From Tetramitus jugosus (Eukaryota; Protista; Heterolobosea): a stretch of DNA of 64,000 nucleotides. The notes under the pieces are model-generated. The model did not search any database. It was not told the DNA's origin and saw only the letters and a program-made list of their open reading frames with translations. Below, piece by piece: positions 46,741 to 58,411 of the stretch (positions within the stretch are counted from its first letter, which is position 1; the number at the start of each line of letters is the position of its first letter). Location: assembly GCA_937625935.1 (NCBI GenBank), contig OW569346.1, forward strand, positions 620,001-684,000, read 5' to 3'. The translations under genes and the position numbers were made by a program.

Positions 46741-48666
46741 TTACTCATTATCTCTAAATTCGGTGCGTCTGGCTATTCTTTCCACTCGTGCAATGTCAGC
46801 TGTTGAAATGTGGTTCATGGAAACAAACGACAACTTCTTGTTCAAGTTAACCAGTGCGTCGACAGTCTTGCTGTTTTGAGGAGGGGAATCCAATGCTTCC
46901 AGATTATACATCTCATACACAAACAGGAATGTGTGAAGATTAGGGCATTTGCTGACCAAGTAAGCCATTCCAGCGTCAGTGACTTCAGAACAACATTTGC
47001 TAAAATCTAAGTGCTCAATGTTACCGTTAGTATTATCCGCCAGAATTTTCAGCTCTTCGTCTCCAATTTTGTCGATACTGATATCACATTCATCTGTTGT
47101 AACCTGTATCTCTCGCAGATTCTTGCAATACTTGAAGAATGGACCTGGATTTTCTGCAAAGCAATTTTCAAGGTAAAGTTCTTCTATTTCCTGATTGGCT
47201 TTTGCTATTTTTTCAATGGCTTGGTCATTTAAGGATACATGTTCCAAATTGAGATGTTTCAATTTGTTACAAAAAACTGGCAGAAAATTCAAGTCATCCT
47301 GAGTAATGTAGATGCACCAACTGCAATTAAGCAGCGTTAGATTGTGGCCAAATCTGGATAGTAATGGTACGAACGACTTCTGCTCGTGCATTCCATTCTC
47401 TCTCACTAAATCCTTCAAATATAGTTCTGTAATTAATGGCTTGTGTGCTGATCCTGGTGGACAGCATACCAATCTGAACCATTCTTTGCAAACAGTGCTC
47501 GCCTGAAGCAATGTTGGGATGTCCATAAATGATAATACTTCCAGCAACATTTGCTCATTGGTCAAGAAATTGTCAGAACTCAAATTTGACCAATAGTTAT
47601 TCTTTTGACAACTCTGGAACATACTGTCGGTCTTGTTTTTGAACTCAATATAAGCACTATTTACCTCCTTCTCATGCTCTTGACGTAGAGTAACGAAAAA
47701 TGAAGTATCATGCTGGTAGGAGCTGTTGATTAATTGTGTCATCTCCTGAAGAAACTGCTTATCTTTTTCCTCAATCTTATTCACTTCGACTAACAGGTCC
47801 AATCCTAGCCTTGAACTTTGTATTTTGACATGAGCTGGATATTTGCCGTGGACCTTTTCGAGAACTGGTTCCATGAATTGTGAGTGCTCGCGACAAGCGT
47901 CAGAAAACTGCTTTCCGGCCAGCCCAGAATAATGGAATCTTGGATTCAATTCGATAGAACCTCTATAAGTGAATCCATAGTTAACATATCGAGAATAGTC
48001 AACACTCTCCACCAAATCTTCTGTAAAATCTAACAATGCATCAATCGATTCTCTAATTTTACTGGTTAACCAGTGTGGTAGGTTTGAATCAAAGATTACC
48101 ATTCGTTGCAGCTGTGAACTCGAAACATTGTTGTTAGCTTGTTTCTTCAGACCTTTTTCAATACTATCAAGTACGTAAAGACAAAAAGCTTTTTCATACA
48201 AGGCCACAATCTGAAATTTTTGATCATCTTCATCCAATAAAGCTTCCATTATCTTATTTACTGCACTGAGACTAATACATCCACAAGCTGGATCCTTCTC
48301 TACAGAGTCCAGAAATTGTTGTTGAGCAGAAAGATCGACATTTTGGTTTTGTTTCGCGGCTACTGCACACCATGCATCTACCACAGCAGTACGAATTTCT
48401 TCATTGCCGTACTGTTCTTCTGATGAATCACTAATCACATTCTTCTTTGCAGATGGCTCCTCAGACATCAAACTCACATCTCGGACAATGTCACCACTCA
48501 CAATCCTATTGAAAATGTTTGCTTCAATGCAGTTTGCAGTCAATGCTTTGATAATTGTCTCTAAAAAAGATTCAATGGCACAAAGAGCTTTTGGTGATAA
48601 TTTTGAAGTGATATCCTGTGATGCAATAAGAGATGGTGATTTCTCTTCTTCTCTTGCTCTCTTCAT
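46741..48666 (-). CDS. F-box/LRR protein with an N-terminal extension (possible degenerate histone folds)
   Basis: F-box NEQMLLEVLSFMDIPTLLQASTVCKEWFRL followed by FBXL-type LRRs. Confidence 0.85.
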   Translation of the reverse strand: MKRAREEEKSPSLIASQDITSKLSPKALCAIESFLETIIKALTANCIEANIFNRIVSGDIVRDVSLMSEEPSAKKNVISDSSEEQYGNEEIRTAVVDAWCAVAAKQNQNVDLSAQQQFLDSVEKDPACGCISLSAVNKIMEALLDEDDQKFQIVALYEKAFCLYVLDSIEKGLKKQANNNVSSSQLQRMVIFDSNLPHWLTSKIRESIDALLDFTEDLVESVDYSRYVNYGFTYRGSIELNPRFHYSGLAGKQFSDACREHSQFMEPVLEKVHGKYPAHVKIQSSRLGLDLLVEVNKIEEKDKQFLQEMTQLINSSYQHDTSFFVTLRQEHEKEVNSAYIEFKNKTDSMFQSCQKNNYWSNLSSDNFLTNEQMLLEVLSFMDIPTLLQASTVCKEWFRLVCCPPGSAHKPLITELYLKDLVRENGMHEQKSFVPLLSRFGHNLTLLNCSWCIYITQDDLNFLPVFCNKLKHLNLEHVSLNDQAIEKIAKANQEIEELYLENCFAENPGPFFKYCKNLREIQVTTDECDISIDKIGDEELKILADNTNGNIEHLDFSKCCSEVTDAGMAYLVSKCPNLHTFLFVYEMYNLEALDSPPQNSKTVDALVNLNKKLSFVSMNHISTADIARVERIARRTEFRDNE

Positions 48667-48907
48667 GATCTTGTGTTTTTCTCCTTGCTGAGTTCCCTTC
48701 TGCTTGGGTGGGAGGATGCATCAGAAAAGGGCTTGCTACGACATTTTTTTTCCAGGATTACCGGAGTAGCATCCAAAAAACAAGTTTAGGAACAAAACAA
48801 AAACGCTGGAAACAACCTACTCAAATGAATCGTGGCCTTGAGACAGAAGATGAATCGATGTTGTGTGACAAACGGATGAGAATAGGGAGAGACAACGAGA
48901 GAATGTA

Positions 48908-51900
48908 TTGGGGTTTTTTGAACTTTTATCACAGGCAGTTCCAAGGGATATCTTTCATTGCGTCATGTCATTTATACCTGCATTTCCCTATTATTTTTGT
49001 TTGAGATCGGTTTGCTCGCAATGGCTTTATGAATTTGAAGAACACTTGTATCGCAGTGTGACATACTTGGATCTAGTTGATGACGGACGACCAAAGTTCT
49101 ACATGAGAGACGATAAGCAACTGGTTCAATTCAAGCCTATCGGTGGAACTGGAAAATGTTTGAAAGTATCCAGTGCTACTATTAGAGACATGAGAAATTA
49201 TAACCGAACCTCAATTTTTGAATTCTTGGGACATGTGTTTCCCAAGGTCACGCACTTAAGACTAGGATTGGGATCGTTTTTCAATCAATCAAATTTTGGA
49301 ACTTGTGTCAAAGTATTGTTACCCCAGTTCAGACAACTTGAAACTTTGGATATTCTGGGTACAAGACAATCGTATTCAGTAGGACGTGAAAACATGATTA
49401 GAGAGTATCAATTGGAAGCTATTGCTTCTTGCTTACCTAGGTCAACTAAGAATCTAAACTTGATTGCTTTGAGCTTTCCCCAAAGATTTGCATGGGACGA
49501 AATGAAAATATTCTCAAGAAAAGGCAGGACGGAACACGGAAAACGATTTTCTAGAGTCAACGGACGTCAACCCATCAAGGTTGATATCCAAAGCTTAACT
49601 ATCACTTACGCTTTTTTGAATCAACTCAACGGATTTAATTCTACGACTAATGTGACTCGAATCAATTGGCAGACTTTTTGGGACATTTATTCTCGTTTTG
49701 AAGTATCAATTGTAGCATCATCAAATACAATACCTCCTCAACCTAGCATAACCATTGTTTCACCAGGTGATTACGTGAATCACATGTCCAAGAAAGAAGG
49801 CATATTTCTTTCACACATAGTCAATCGTTCGATCGAACAATCTGAAGAACTACTCGAAGCAACAGTTGATAGTGTGGTTCGTGAGTATCCGTATTTTGAA
49901 CCCCTTTTGTGCCTATCTGAACGTGAGAAGGTGTTCCAACTGACTTCTCAGACTACATTGGGTGCACCCTTTTTTTTCGAGAATATCATGATGGCATCTA
50001 AGACTTTGGGGTTGTTGATGGATCCCATCAGAATGAAATATCCACAATTGGTTCTGGATGTAAATGGTGTACTGGGGTCGCATGAACATGAACCTCCCTA
50101 CACTATCTTGAATCACTTGATCAAGTATTGCACTAGTGAGGCAACATTCTCTGTTATTAAGACACTTGTGGAGGACTACAAGGTAGATTTAGCGGTCAAT
50201 AATGTTCTAAATTGTGTCTGCGCAATGAATGTTAATCATAATCCAGATTTATCTCTCCAGAAGAAGCTGATAAAGTATTTGATATCCCAGAAGCCAGAAT
50301 TAATATCTTTGGGAAATTTGGAGGGAGTCATTAATGATGATCAAAAAGATCACTTATTGCTTCAATATTTCGTATCTTCAGCTGACGTGGAAGTTATTCA
50401 GTGTTTGGTAGAATCAGGAGCCTCACTCACAAATGTGGAAAAGGATGGTAACAACATCATTCATTTGGTCTGCCGCGGTATCGAGTTTAATACTTTGAAG
50501 TATTTATTCTCAAAGTGTCCTCCAGAACTAATGTTTGCAAGGAATTACAAGAACATTACTCCATTAGAAAAAGTTTTTCAGGTTGGAACCTCCGAAGATT
50601 CACTGATTCAATTTCTTGAACAAGTGGGCAAATTACATTGTTTCTCTACGAAAGGAATCTTTCAACACTATCCCACATCGTGTGGAAGTTTACTACATGT
50701 GGCCATGTCAGCCAAATGCAAATTGACAACTATTCAGTGGTTCATAGACCATGGTTTTGATGCAAATTCCATGAATGACAATGGAGAAAATCCTTTGTTT
50801 TATTCTTTCCAGAGTAACCAAGCATCAGATAACCATGATTTTAATCTCATTCACCAAGATCAACTATTCATCGATGAAATAGCAGAGTTTTTGATCAGAA
50901 ATGGAGCAAGAATTGATATTCAAAACAATAAGGGAAATACGGTTATTACTACTGCACTCTATAACAATAATTATAGAATGATCAATAATTTGATACAAAA
51001 TCCATCTATCTCATCAAAGTCACTCGCTGAACTTCTTGGACCAAGGATGGAAAATGGATTGAATGCTTTGCACTTGTTAGTTCGGACTCTGGTAACTACT
51101 TCAGATAATGTTTCTTCTAATGGCAGCTATACTGTTGCACGACATTGTGCACTCTTATGTTTGAAGCATTATCCTGAAATGCTACATGAACTGTCTGAAA
51201 CATCTAATGAGCGACTCAAAGATATTTCTGGGTTGAGTCCTCTGCAACTGTTGCTTCGATCATCCAATAGTTTACATGTATTGGGAGAATTAACGATCAA
51301 ATTGAATGATATTGCCAATATGCCAGTTTACACAAGCAAAGCTTCTAATATAGTCGCTCATCTACCTGCTATGTACCTTGCATTGGAGCAACCAGTTAAT
51401 ATACCAATGTTTGACAAGCTCATGTCGTATTCTGAAAATGTGTTTCTCATCGATGAATCACAATTGACCAAACCGAATCTTTTGCAAATCGGCGCAGAGA
51501 AAGGTGCATCGTTGTGTAAATGCATTCTCAAGCATTGGAAGAAAAGGTGTGGGTCAAAGGAAGAATTGTGCCAGTTGATTAGGGCTCCCATGGAGAATGA
51601 TAATGTTGATGGAAGAAGGGCAAGGAATGCAGCAATCATTGCATGTGCTGTTGGTTGTTACGAGACGTTTGTTCTTTTGTGGCCTTACACTATAGCTCAT
51701 GCTGAACATTTTGATGATCCAGTTCGGATTGCTCTAGCGAACAACCATTATGATTTTGCATTATCAGCTGTCGTTCATCACGGTATAGTACCATGCAAAG
51801 ATCAATTGCATGACCTCATTCGATGGTGTTTGTGTGAAAAACAATTGAGTGCGGTGAATGAGAACAGGTTAATAAGTCGCATGGTAGCAGCCGAAAAAAT

Positions 51901-52552
51901 ACAACCAAAACCATCGTGGCTTGAGTTAATGATTCAAATGCCTGAACAAACGGATGATGTCGAATCTTTGAGTACGCTTCAATTACTAGTGTGTGAGAAA
52001 GGAAACGACATGTTTGATTGGTTAGTTAGCACATATTGTAATGATCCACTGTTGAATCAAATTAAGGCTATGGATCCACGAACGGGGAACACTCTATTGC
52101 ACCTGTTAAAAAACTCAGCACACACTGGCAAGGAGTTATCTCCAATGTTCTCGGCTGTTATTCGTCTCTTCAGGAGTACAGAATCCCCTAATGTGGACCA
52201 GATCAAGGGTAAATATAATGACCTGAACATGATCGAGTTAGCGAAGTTCATCAATATCCAGAATAAGTGTGGTCGTACATGTCTACATAACGTAGCTGTT
52301 AATAATCATTTAGATATACTGCAGCATCTACTTCACTATGGTGCTAACACTGAGATTCGGGAATCAAATGGAAAAACTCCTGTAGATCTTATGGATTATC
52401 TCTCGGCTCGACATATTACCTTTAATTTCTTTGAGAGCTTGGACAAGGAAGAAGAGAAGAGAATATCAAAGAAGAAGAAGCGCTGTAATAAATCTGACGA
52501 TGAAAGAACACCTCAGAGGAGAGGCAGAAAAAAACGACGGACTGTTGTTTAA
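48908..52552 (+). CDS. F-box-like + ankyrin-repeat protein (start uncertain)
   Basis: N-terminal VPRDIFHCVMSFI...LRSVCSQW; many ankyrin repeats (GNNIIH, GENPLF, GRTCLH); C-terminal basic NLS. No in-frame ATG before the F-box. Confidence 0.82.
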   Translation: MGFFELLSQAVPRDIFHCVMSFIPAFPYYFCLRSVCSQWLYEFEEHLYRSVTYLDLVDDGRPKFYMRDDKQLVQFKPIGGTGKCLKVSSATIRDMRNYNRTSIFEFLGHVFPKVTHLRLGLGSFFNQSNFGTCVKVLLPQFRQLETLDILGTRQSYSVGRENMIREYQLEAIASCLPRSTKNLNLIALSFPQRFAWDEMKIFSRKGRTEHGKRFSRVNGRQPIKVDIQSLTITYAFLNQLNGFNSTTNVTRINWQTFWDIYSRFEVSIVASSNTIPPQPSITIVSPGDYVNHMSKKEGIFLSHIVNRSIEQSEELLEATVDSVVREYPYFEPLLCLSEREKVFQLTSQTTLGAPFFFENIMMASKTLGLLMDPIRMKYPQLVLDVNGVLGSHEHEPPYTILNHLIKYCTSEATFSVIKTLVEDYKVDLAVNNVLNCVCAMNVNHNPDLSLQKKLIKYLISQKPELISLGNLEGVINDDQKDHLLLQYFVSSADVEVIQCLVESGASLTNVEKDGNNIIHLVCRGIEFNTLKYLFSKCPPELMFARNYKNITPLEKVFQVGTSEDSLIQFLEQVGKLHCFSTKGIFQHYPTSCGSLLHVAMSAKCKLTTIQWFIDHGFDANSMNDNGENPLFYSFQSNQASDNHDFNLIHQDQLFIDEIAEFLIRNGARIDIQNNKGNTVITTALYNNNYRMINNLIQNPSISSKSLAELLGPRMENGLNALHLLVRTLVTTSDNVSSNGSYTVARHCALLCLKHYPEMLHELSETSNERLKDISGLSPLQLLLRSSNSLHVLGELTIKLNDIANMPVYTSKASNIVAHLPAMYLALEQPVNIPMFDKLMSYSENVFLIDESQLTKPNLLQIGAEKGASLCKCILKHWKKRCGSKEELCQLIRAPMENDNVDGRRARNAAIIACAVGCYETFVLLWPYTIAHAEHFDDPVRIALANNHYDFALSAVVHHGIVPCKDQLHDLIRWCLCEKQLSAVNENRLISRMVAAEKIQPKPSWLELMIQMPEQTDDVESLSTLQLLVCEKGNDMFDWLVSTYCNDPLLNQIKAMDPRTGNTLLHLLKNSAHTGKELSPMFSAVIRLFRSTESPNVDQIKGKYNDLNMIELAKFINIQNKCGRTCLHNVAVNNHLDILQHLLHYGANTEIRESNGKTPVDLMDYLSARHITFNFFESLDKEEEKRISKKKKRCNKSDDERTPQRRGRKKRRTVV

Positions 52553-52760
52553 TTGGACTGCCACACGGTATGAATGGCTGTAATCAAACAACAGACAATT
52601 CCTTTGCTTATTTGAAGGGTATTCACACCCTCTTTTTGAGTGAATGTGACCAAATTACAGGTGATGGATTTTCTAATTTGACTGGCATTCATATGCTCAA
52701 CATGAGTTATTGCAAATCACAGATGATGCATTTCTTCATTTGGTTGGCATTCACACACTG
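52553..52760 (+). pseudogene. LRR gene fragment paralogous to 40877-41583
   Basis: 42 bp at 52674-52715 are identical to 41166-41207; same GIHxLxxSxC repeats, frameshifted. Confidence 0.8.
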
Positions 52761-53153
52761 GGTTACCCAACAAGTTCTAACATATGATCGAGAGCTCTTA
52801 TCTGTTGAACCAAGTCCGAAAATATTCCATTGTATGGATAGGATTCTTGCCTTCCTAACTGGTATGATGGAATTTATGCATGAACCATGTTACTTTTTTA
52901 GGAAAAGTAAAATACGAGTATTCCAAAGCAACCTGATGATTTTTCATTGCTGAAAAAAATGAGCCGAAAATGTTGAATACAACATCCGATTCACCATTTT
53001 CACAACATGAAAAATCATATTTATTCGAACCCCATAATGAGAATGCATCTGAAAGTCTTTATTTTTTTCAAAAGAAGAAGGTGTTTATTGTATAACTGGA
53101 TACTCATGACAAAAACGAATCATAAGAAAGTTGAATGTTGAATGCATCGGTCG

Positions 53154-54560
53154 TTAGGCTGTATCTTTTATTTCTTTTCTCATTTCTTGTGCAACCCGTA
53201 TGCCCGTCAGAAGGAGTATCAAGAGGGGAATTAACAAAGTGATAATCAAAGACCATACTGAGGGTCTAGCTAGTGGTGAGAAATTTCTAAACTGTTCCTC
53301 AATCGAAGCAGGACTGGCCATCATCATAGATTCCATTCACTTGGGGGAACCTTCAAATCAGGGGAAATTTGATCGTAGTCCGAGAAAGTAACATCGTTGT
53401 TTAGATTTATGAACTCATTTATAGAAGACAACAAATCTTTGATAGACTTAGTTCTCAAGGGTTCATACTCAGACTCCATGAATCCTCCTTTCCCAAAACA
53501 AGTTAAAAGGTGATCAGCTGACTTCATACCAAGTCGTTCGAAGTGAACAATACTGTCCTTGACATAAGCTTGTGATGGAAGAAAAAGCTCTCCTCGAGTC
53601 AACACGAGGATGACAGGAGGTGGTTTCTGAAATAATTCGAAATTACAAAAAATTGGTAGCTTTCTGTGTGATACTTCTTGATGCTAGTTGCCTCCATGAC
53701 AAAGATTATCAGGGCTACATTGTTACGATCTTCAACTATTTTTTTGTAAATCTCTTGCTTCTTCGCAAGGACTTCCTCTCTCCTTGGTGGAGGGAAGCAG
53801 AACTCTACAAAATCATAAGAGTCTGATTCGGGTTCCAAGCAATCAATTATTGCTGTTTTACCTTCACTATAGCAATTTTCCAAAAAGTGTGACGTTTTTT
53901 GAGCGTCAAAAAAACAGAAATCAACGCTCCAAAAAGTTGTAAATCACAGTTAAATCAGGCTTTGCTCCAATTTCCAGTTGAATTTCCTCGCACAACCTCT
54001 TTTCTTCATCTTCGATAGCGTGAGCAACAAGAGGGGAATGTACTCAATTCCTTTCTTCAACAGTTGGACAGCTTCTTCATACAAGGCAAGTCAAATTTAA
54101 TCTTCTAATTTGACCTTGTCCACGATGATTTTTGTTTTAGAAGTAAACACAGATCCACATACATATCACTTCTCTTCTGGAACCTGATAGTCACTCTTCC
54201 TCATCAGATGAAGTGGATTGGTCATCAAAATCGAGCTTCTGGGCAACAGATTCGAAGCTTTCCTCTTTTCGTGCTGCACCTCAAGTCTAATTGCATTCAA
54301 CTCAGACATGAACAATAGCATAAGTGCAGGTGATATCAATCCATTCTCCCTCCACTGCAAACGTCTTTGAGCTGATGAACAGTATCTTTCCCATCCTTTT
54401 TCTACAAATAAACGCTCAAAAACGCAAAAAAACACAAACCAGAAAAAAAACGTCACACTTTTTGGAAAATTGCTATAATATAACCACAAACGATTACGGT
54501 TGGTTTTAAGGAAGTTTGAATCTTGATTACACAATCTTCGGTCATTGGTATCTCGTTCAA
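53154..54560 (-). pseudogene. P-loop GTPase-like gene disrupted by a transposon and frameshifts
   Basis: Excising 53870-54475 plus one TA gives VIVCGYISEGKTAIIDCL. Downstream ALIIFVM and VLTRGE parallel the neighbouring GTPase. Confidence 0.7.
53870..54475. mobile_element. 606-bp non-autonomous Tc1/mariner/IS630-type element
   Basis: Perfect 31-bp TIRs TAGCAATTTTCCAAAAAGTGTGACGTTTTTT (53870-53900 and 54445-54475), flanked by TA on both sides; no intact transposase ORF. Confidence 0.88.
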
Positions 54561-54787
54561 TTTGTTGTTTTTTGTGCTGATATTTGGTTTTTGAGATGTT
54601 CAATTACTAACGGAGGGCTGATTACAATAAGATTCACTGATTCGAAAAATTGAAAAAAGGAAGGAGTATATTTACAAGAGAATTTGATCGGCCATAGTTT
54701 TCGTGTCCTCCTTCATTCCTCACTAGAAAAGACTACAACAAAAAAACATAACAATCGTTCATAGAAAGAAAGCACAAGCATTATACC

Positions 54788-55681
54788 ATGGTTATTCCAT
54801 TATTAGCATTAGGAGGCGCTATGTACTATGGGTACAAAAAATACGTGAGTACAATTTGTTCTTTTTGCAACATTATTTAGTGAATCTTACACATTGGTAT
54901 TTAGCAATCATGGGTTGCTCCAAAGAGAATAATTGTTTTTGGGTTGAGAGCTTCTGGTAAGGTTTGTAAGACTTTTTGCCCATTTTCATTCTCATGAATC
55001 ATGTGCTCACTTTCTCACTACAATTACATATTTAAGACCTCATTGATCAACGCTCTGACTGGGAGTGATGAAGCAGTGGGAAACGATCAGACTAAGAGCG
55101 TCACTTATCGCAGAAAGAATCAAGACTATCAACTCTGGGATACACCTGGTCTCAATGATTTTGCCGCACTAGATTTACCTTCAGCAGTTATTTTGAATTC
55201 ACTTACAGATTTGATGAAGAATACATCTGAGGGTGTCAATTTGTTGATTTTTGTGGTAAAAGTTTCAGAACTGAAAAAGCCTGAAATCAGAAATCAATAT
55301 GACTTGATTGTTAGCCAACTGACTCAGAATAGAATACCAGTGATATTAGTGGTGACCCACTGTGAGCAAAACATTCAAAGTGAAGGAACCTTCGAAGAAA
55401 AGTGCCAGTCAATGTTCGATAGTTGCAACTCCATCAAATTGGAAGGAATGAAATTTTGTTCTCGAGTTGGTACTTGCTTTGCTTTTTCTGACAGAGGAAA
55501 GAATGGGGAGCTTGGAAATCAATCGGCAAACAAGGTTTGGGCTTTGATTGAGGAGAGGGCAAATGATTCTTATATTCCTTACTTCTCTCGTTCTTCGGGC
55601 ACTGAGTTAATGACTCTCTTTGAACGTCTTGGATTTAATTCTGAACAAGCCAAAAGGAGCGCAGAGCAACTCGTGTCCTAG
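54788..55681 (+). CDS. TRAFAC P-loop GTPase (AIG1/MMR_HSR1-like) with an N-terminal hydrophobic anchor, 3 exons
   Basis: Exons 54788-54844, 54905-54961 and 55037-55681 rebuild G1 GLRASGKTS; G3 DTPG; G4-like VVTHCE. Confidence 0.85.
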
Positions 55682-56699
55682 AATAAAAAATTCTAACAAG
55701 TAAACCCATAGCTACGAATATAATAACAACCATCATCATCAAAATAATAGAAAAAGAAGCAGCCATTCTGTGGTAATGCAACTCTTTTCGAAGCAAACTT
55801 TCACCAATTACCACAAAGACTTCTCAGGTATTGCAATATGAAGTGAGTGAGTGGAACACTTTCTTGGACAAATACAAGGATCATACAAACAAGACGAGAA
55901 CTTTTTGGAAGTCCATGATTTTTATCCATTTTAGTGAGGTAGGGTATCTAGAAAGTAGGTAAGAGGGGAGTTAAGGTATCTAGAAGCCTCTTTTTGAAGC
56001 CTCTTTTTTCACCTTTTAGATATGATTCAAAAGGTCCAGAGCTCTGCGGGGTGGAACCCAGATGAGACGGAAGATTTTTAACTGATATGTTAGCAGAAGT
56101 GAGATAGATGCGCTCTGTCATTTCCTAGTTGACCCCGTATGCCACTCTGGGCCAGCTCATGAGTCATCAACTGGGTAAAATTATGAGGATAACAACAGAT
56201 TTGTCTACTACCTGGTAATCAAGACAAAGCAGTACCTGAAGCATAACTTTCAAACATTGGAGTCAAGTATCACAATGATCAGGAATCACATGATTACTGA
56301 CGATGTTCATCGATTGAGCAAACCAGTGATCTGATCGGATGTGGATTGGATCAATTACAGTGAAATCTAGTCAACAACATTATTAATCAAGTGTTCCATG
56401 GATTGGATATCAAGATTTGTGAGTGCATAAATTACCTTCTTCTACTGCTAGCACATCTACAAGAGGTCGTTCCAGAGGTGAAAACAAACAAAGAGGAAAC
56501 AGAGGTGCAATAAAAGAGGTTGTTGATCGGCTATCATGGCATCGCTTCGAAATGCCAACGACCGTAACTTGTATGAATCGTATCAAGTTGATAGATATCA
56601 AAGTTATGATCATAGGTATGCGATTACTGTGACACATGAACTGTATTGATTCTTTTATCAGCACAAGAGAACTTATGTCCAGTGATGAGAAGACTGTAT

Positions 56700-57476
56700 T
56701 TATTGCTCAGTCATGCTTTTCAATTCGGGTCTCTTATTGTTCGGGTTGATCCAAACTTCATTGAAACCTTGATGACCAAAATTTTGCAAGTAAATAAAGC
56801 CTTTCTCTCGTAACAATTTACGACATTGCTCATCCTTTTCTTTCGATTCTTCTCTTCCATTCAATTCAATCAAAATGGCATAGACAGGAACAGAGTCAAA
56901 TGGATATGTGGCCAAAACTTCATACTCTGCACCCTCTACATCGACTGAGAAAAAGTCCACTCTCTTCAAGTTGGCTGCTTTCACATACTTTCGAATGGGG
57001 CTGCACTCAAGTGTCCAAATCTTTCCTTCTTTCCAAACTTTCTGATGGTAAGAATCCAATGTATCCTTCCTAGCTGCCATCGCTCCATGACCAATCATCT
57101 CAATCGTTCTCTCTTGCATACACACTGCTCCTCGAACGGTAACAGCCTTTGGTCTATTGCGTTGAAGCGTTGCAAAAGTGTCTGGCTGTGGTTCAATCAA
57201 CAAACCGTTCCAACCCAAAGAATCCTCATAGAATTTAGAGTTGGAGTATTTTAAACCATCAAAGGCTCCAATCTCAATAAATGTGCCATGATGCAATGGA
57301 GTTTCATCCTCCTTCATAAAATACTTTAGCATCAATTGATCTTCCTTGGCTTGTCCATAAAAAATGTACTTGTCTGGTTGTTTTTGTTGATCAACTGTGA
57401 CCACTCTCTGCTTTGTGCCTTCCGTCGATAAAAACGTTTCACGAACTGGATATTTCTCTCTGTTGGGAATCACCAT
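56700..57476 (-). CDS. FkbM-family (Methyltransf_21) SAM methyltransferase
   Basis: FIEIGAFDG..YSNS, GWNGLLIEP and DFFSVDVEGAE motifs. The true start may lie upstream. Confidence 0.88.
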   Translation of the reverse strand: MVIPNREKYPVRETFLSTEGTKQRVVTVDQQKQPDKYIFYGQAKEDQLMLKYFMKEDETPLHHGTFIEIGAFDGLKYSNSKFYEDSLGWNGLLIEPQPDTFATLQRNRPKAVTVRGAVCMQERTIEMIGHGAMAARKDTLDSYHQKVWKEGKIWTLECSPIRKYVKAANLKRVDFFSVDVEGAEYEVLATYPFDSVPVYAILIELNGREESKEKDEQCRKLLREKGFIYLQNFGHQGFNEVWINPNNKRPELKSMTEQ

Positions 57477-58411
57477 TGTTGTGATGATGATCTGGTAGCT
57501 GACCAGAAGGGATAACGACAAAGATGAACAATATTTTCAAACGGAAAATCACTTTGGTCCACATTCCTTTGAAAGGAAGTCGCGAATCTTTCAATTGTCA
57601 AAGAAGTCATGATTAGGAATGAAACGGTAACAATTTTACAGATACTTTAACTTATGCAAGACATAGTCGCAATGATTATATGAATCAAAGCATTGTTTGC
57701 CCATTGGTTTGCGATTTGTGTTTTCTTCCTTTTGATCTTTCACTGGTACTTTGTTTTGTGTCTGAGTCCAATAACACATAGGACAATTCTTCAATAGGTA
57801 CATTCAAGAGATAGAGGTATGTTTCTCACATACATCTTCCAATGGAAAAAATTCTTTTGCCAGTTGTTTTACAAAGTCTACCTGACGAACACTTGACCAT
57901 TTTGCTTGTTATAGACAACTCTGGCATTATGAGCGAGCAAACTCATTAAGAAAATGAGGATCGCAATGTTGTATGCCATGATCCGATGTCTGTAATAACA
58001 AGTGAGAATTGATCTATTCGCCTCATGAACAAATCCTGAAGTTTTATTGTAAAACCAAAATGCTTCAGGTAATCTTGTTCAAATAGTTTTCAAACTTGAG
58101 GGTTGGTATCAAACAATTTCGTTTTTTTCATTCTAGGTATCATCTGAACTGTGGTGTTTGTTTTCACGCCTCAGCACTGGTTTATTAACATCGGAAACCA
58201 TCCTTCTATATAGGTGTAACTAAAAAGGAAGGAATCTTAATAGGCAATGGGCTCAAATTTCAAACCTATAGGGGTGAGGCTCCCTGGGAATGAACATAAA
58301 GTGAGGGTTGAATCTGATATGGTGCAATGCTTTCGTCCATACAAATTAGTTGGGTTGGTTTCTTGCAACTTAAAAATTGTTGGTAGAGGACAGTTGGATC
58401 CATTGCTCGAT

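Noticed and set aside
53900-54445. Transposase remnant inside the 606-bp element
   Set aside because: Only short, ambiguous peptides are present and no DDE/DDD motif could be identified.
55943-56009. Short duplications (GGTATCTAGAA twice; GAAGCCTCTTTTT in tandem)
   Set aside because: Too short and unstructured to call an element; probably slippage or repair scars.
56040-56400. Possible structured ncRNA or snoRNA in a non-coding stretch
   Set aside because: No convincing C/D boxes with a terminal stem and no tRNA cloverleaf. No tRNA or rRNA was recognised anywhere in the window.
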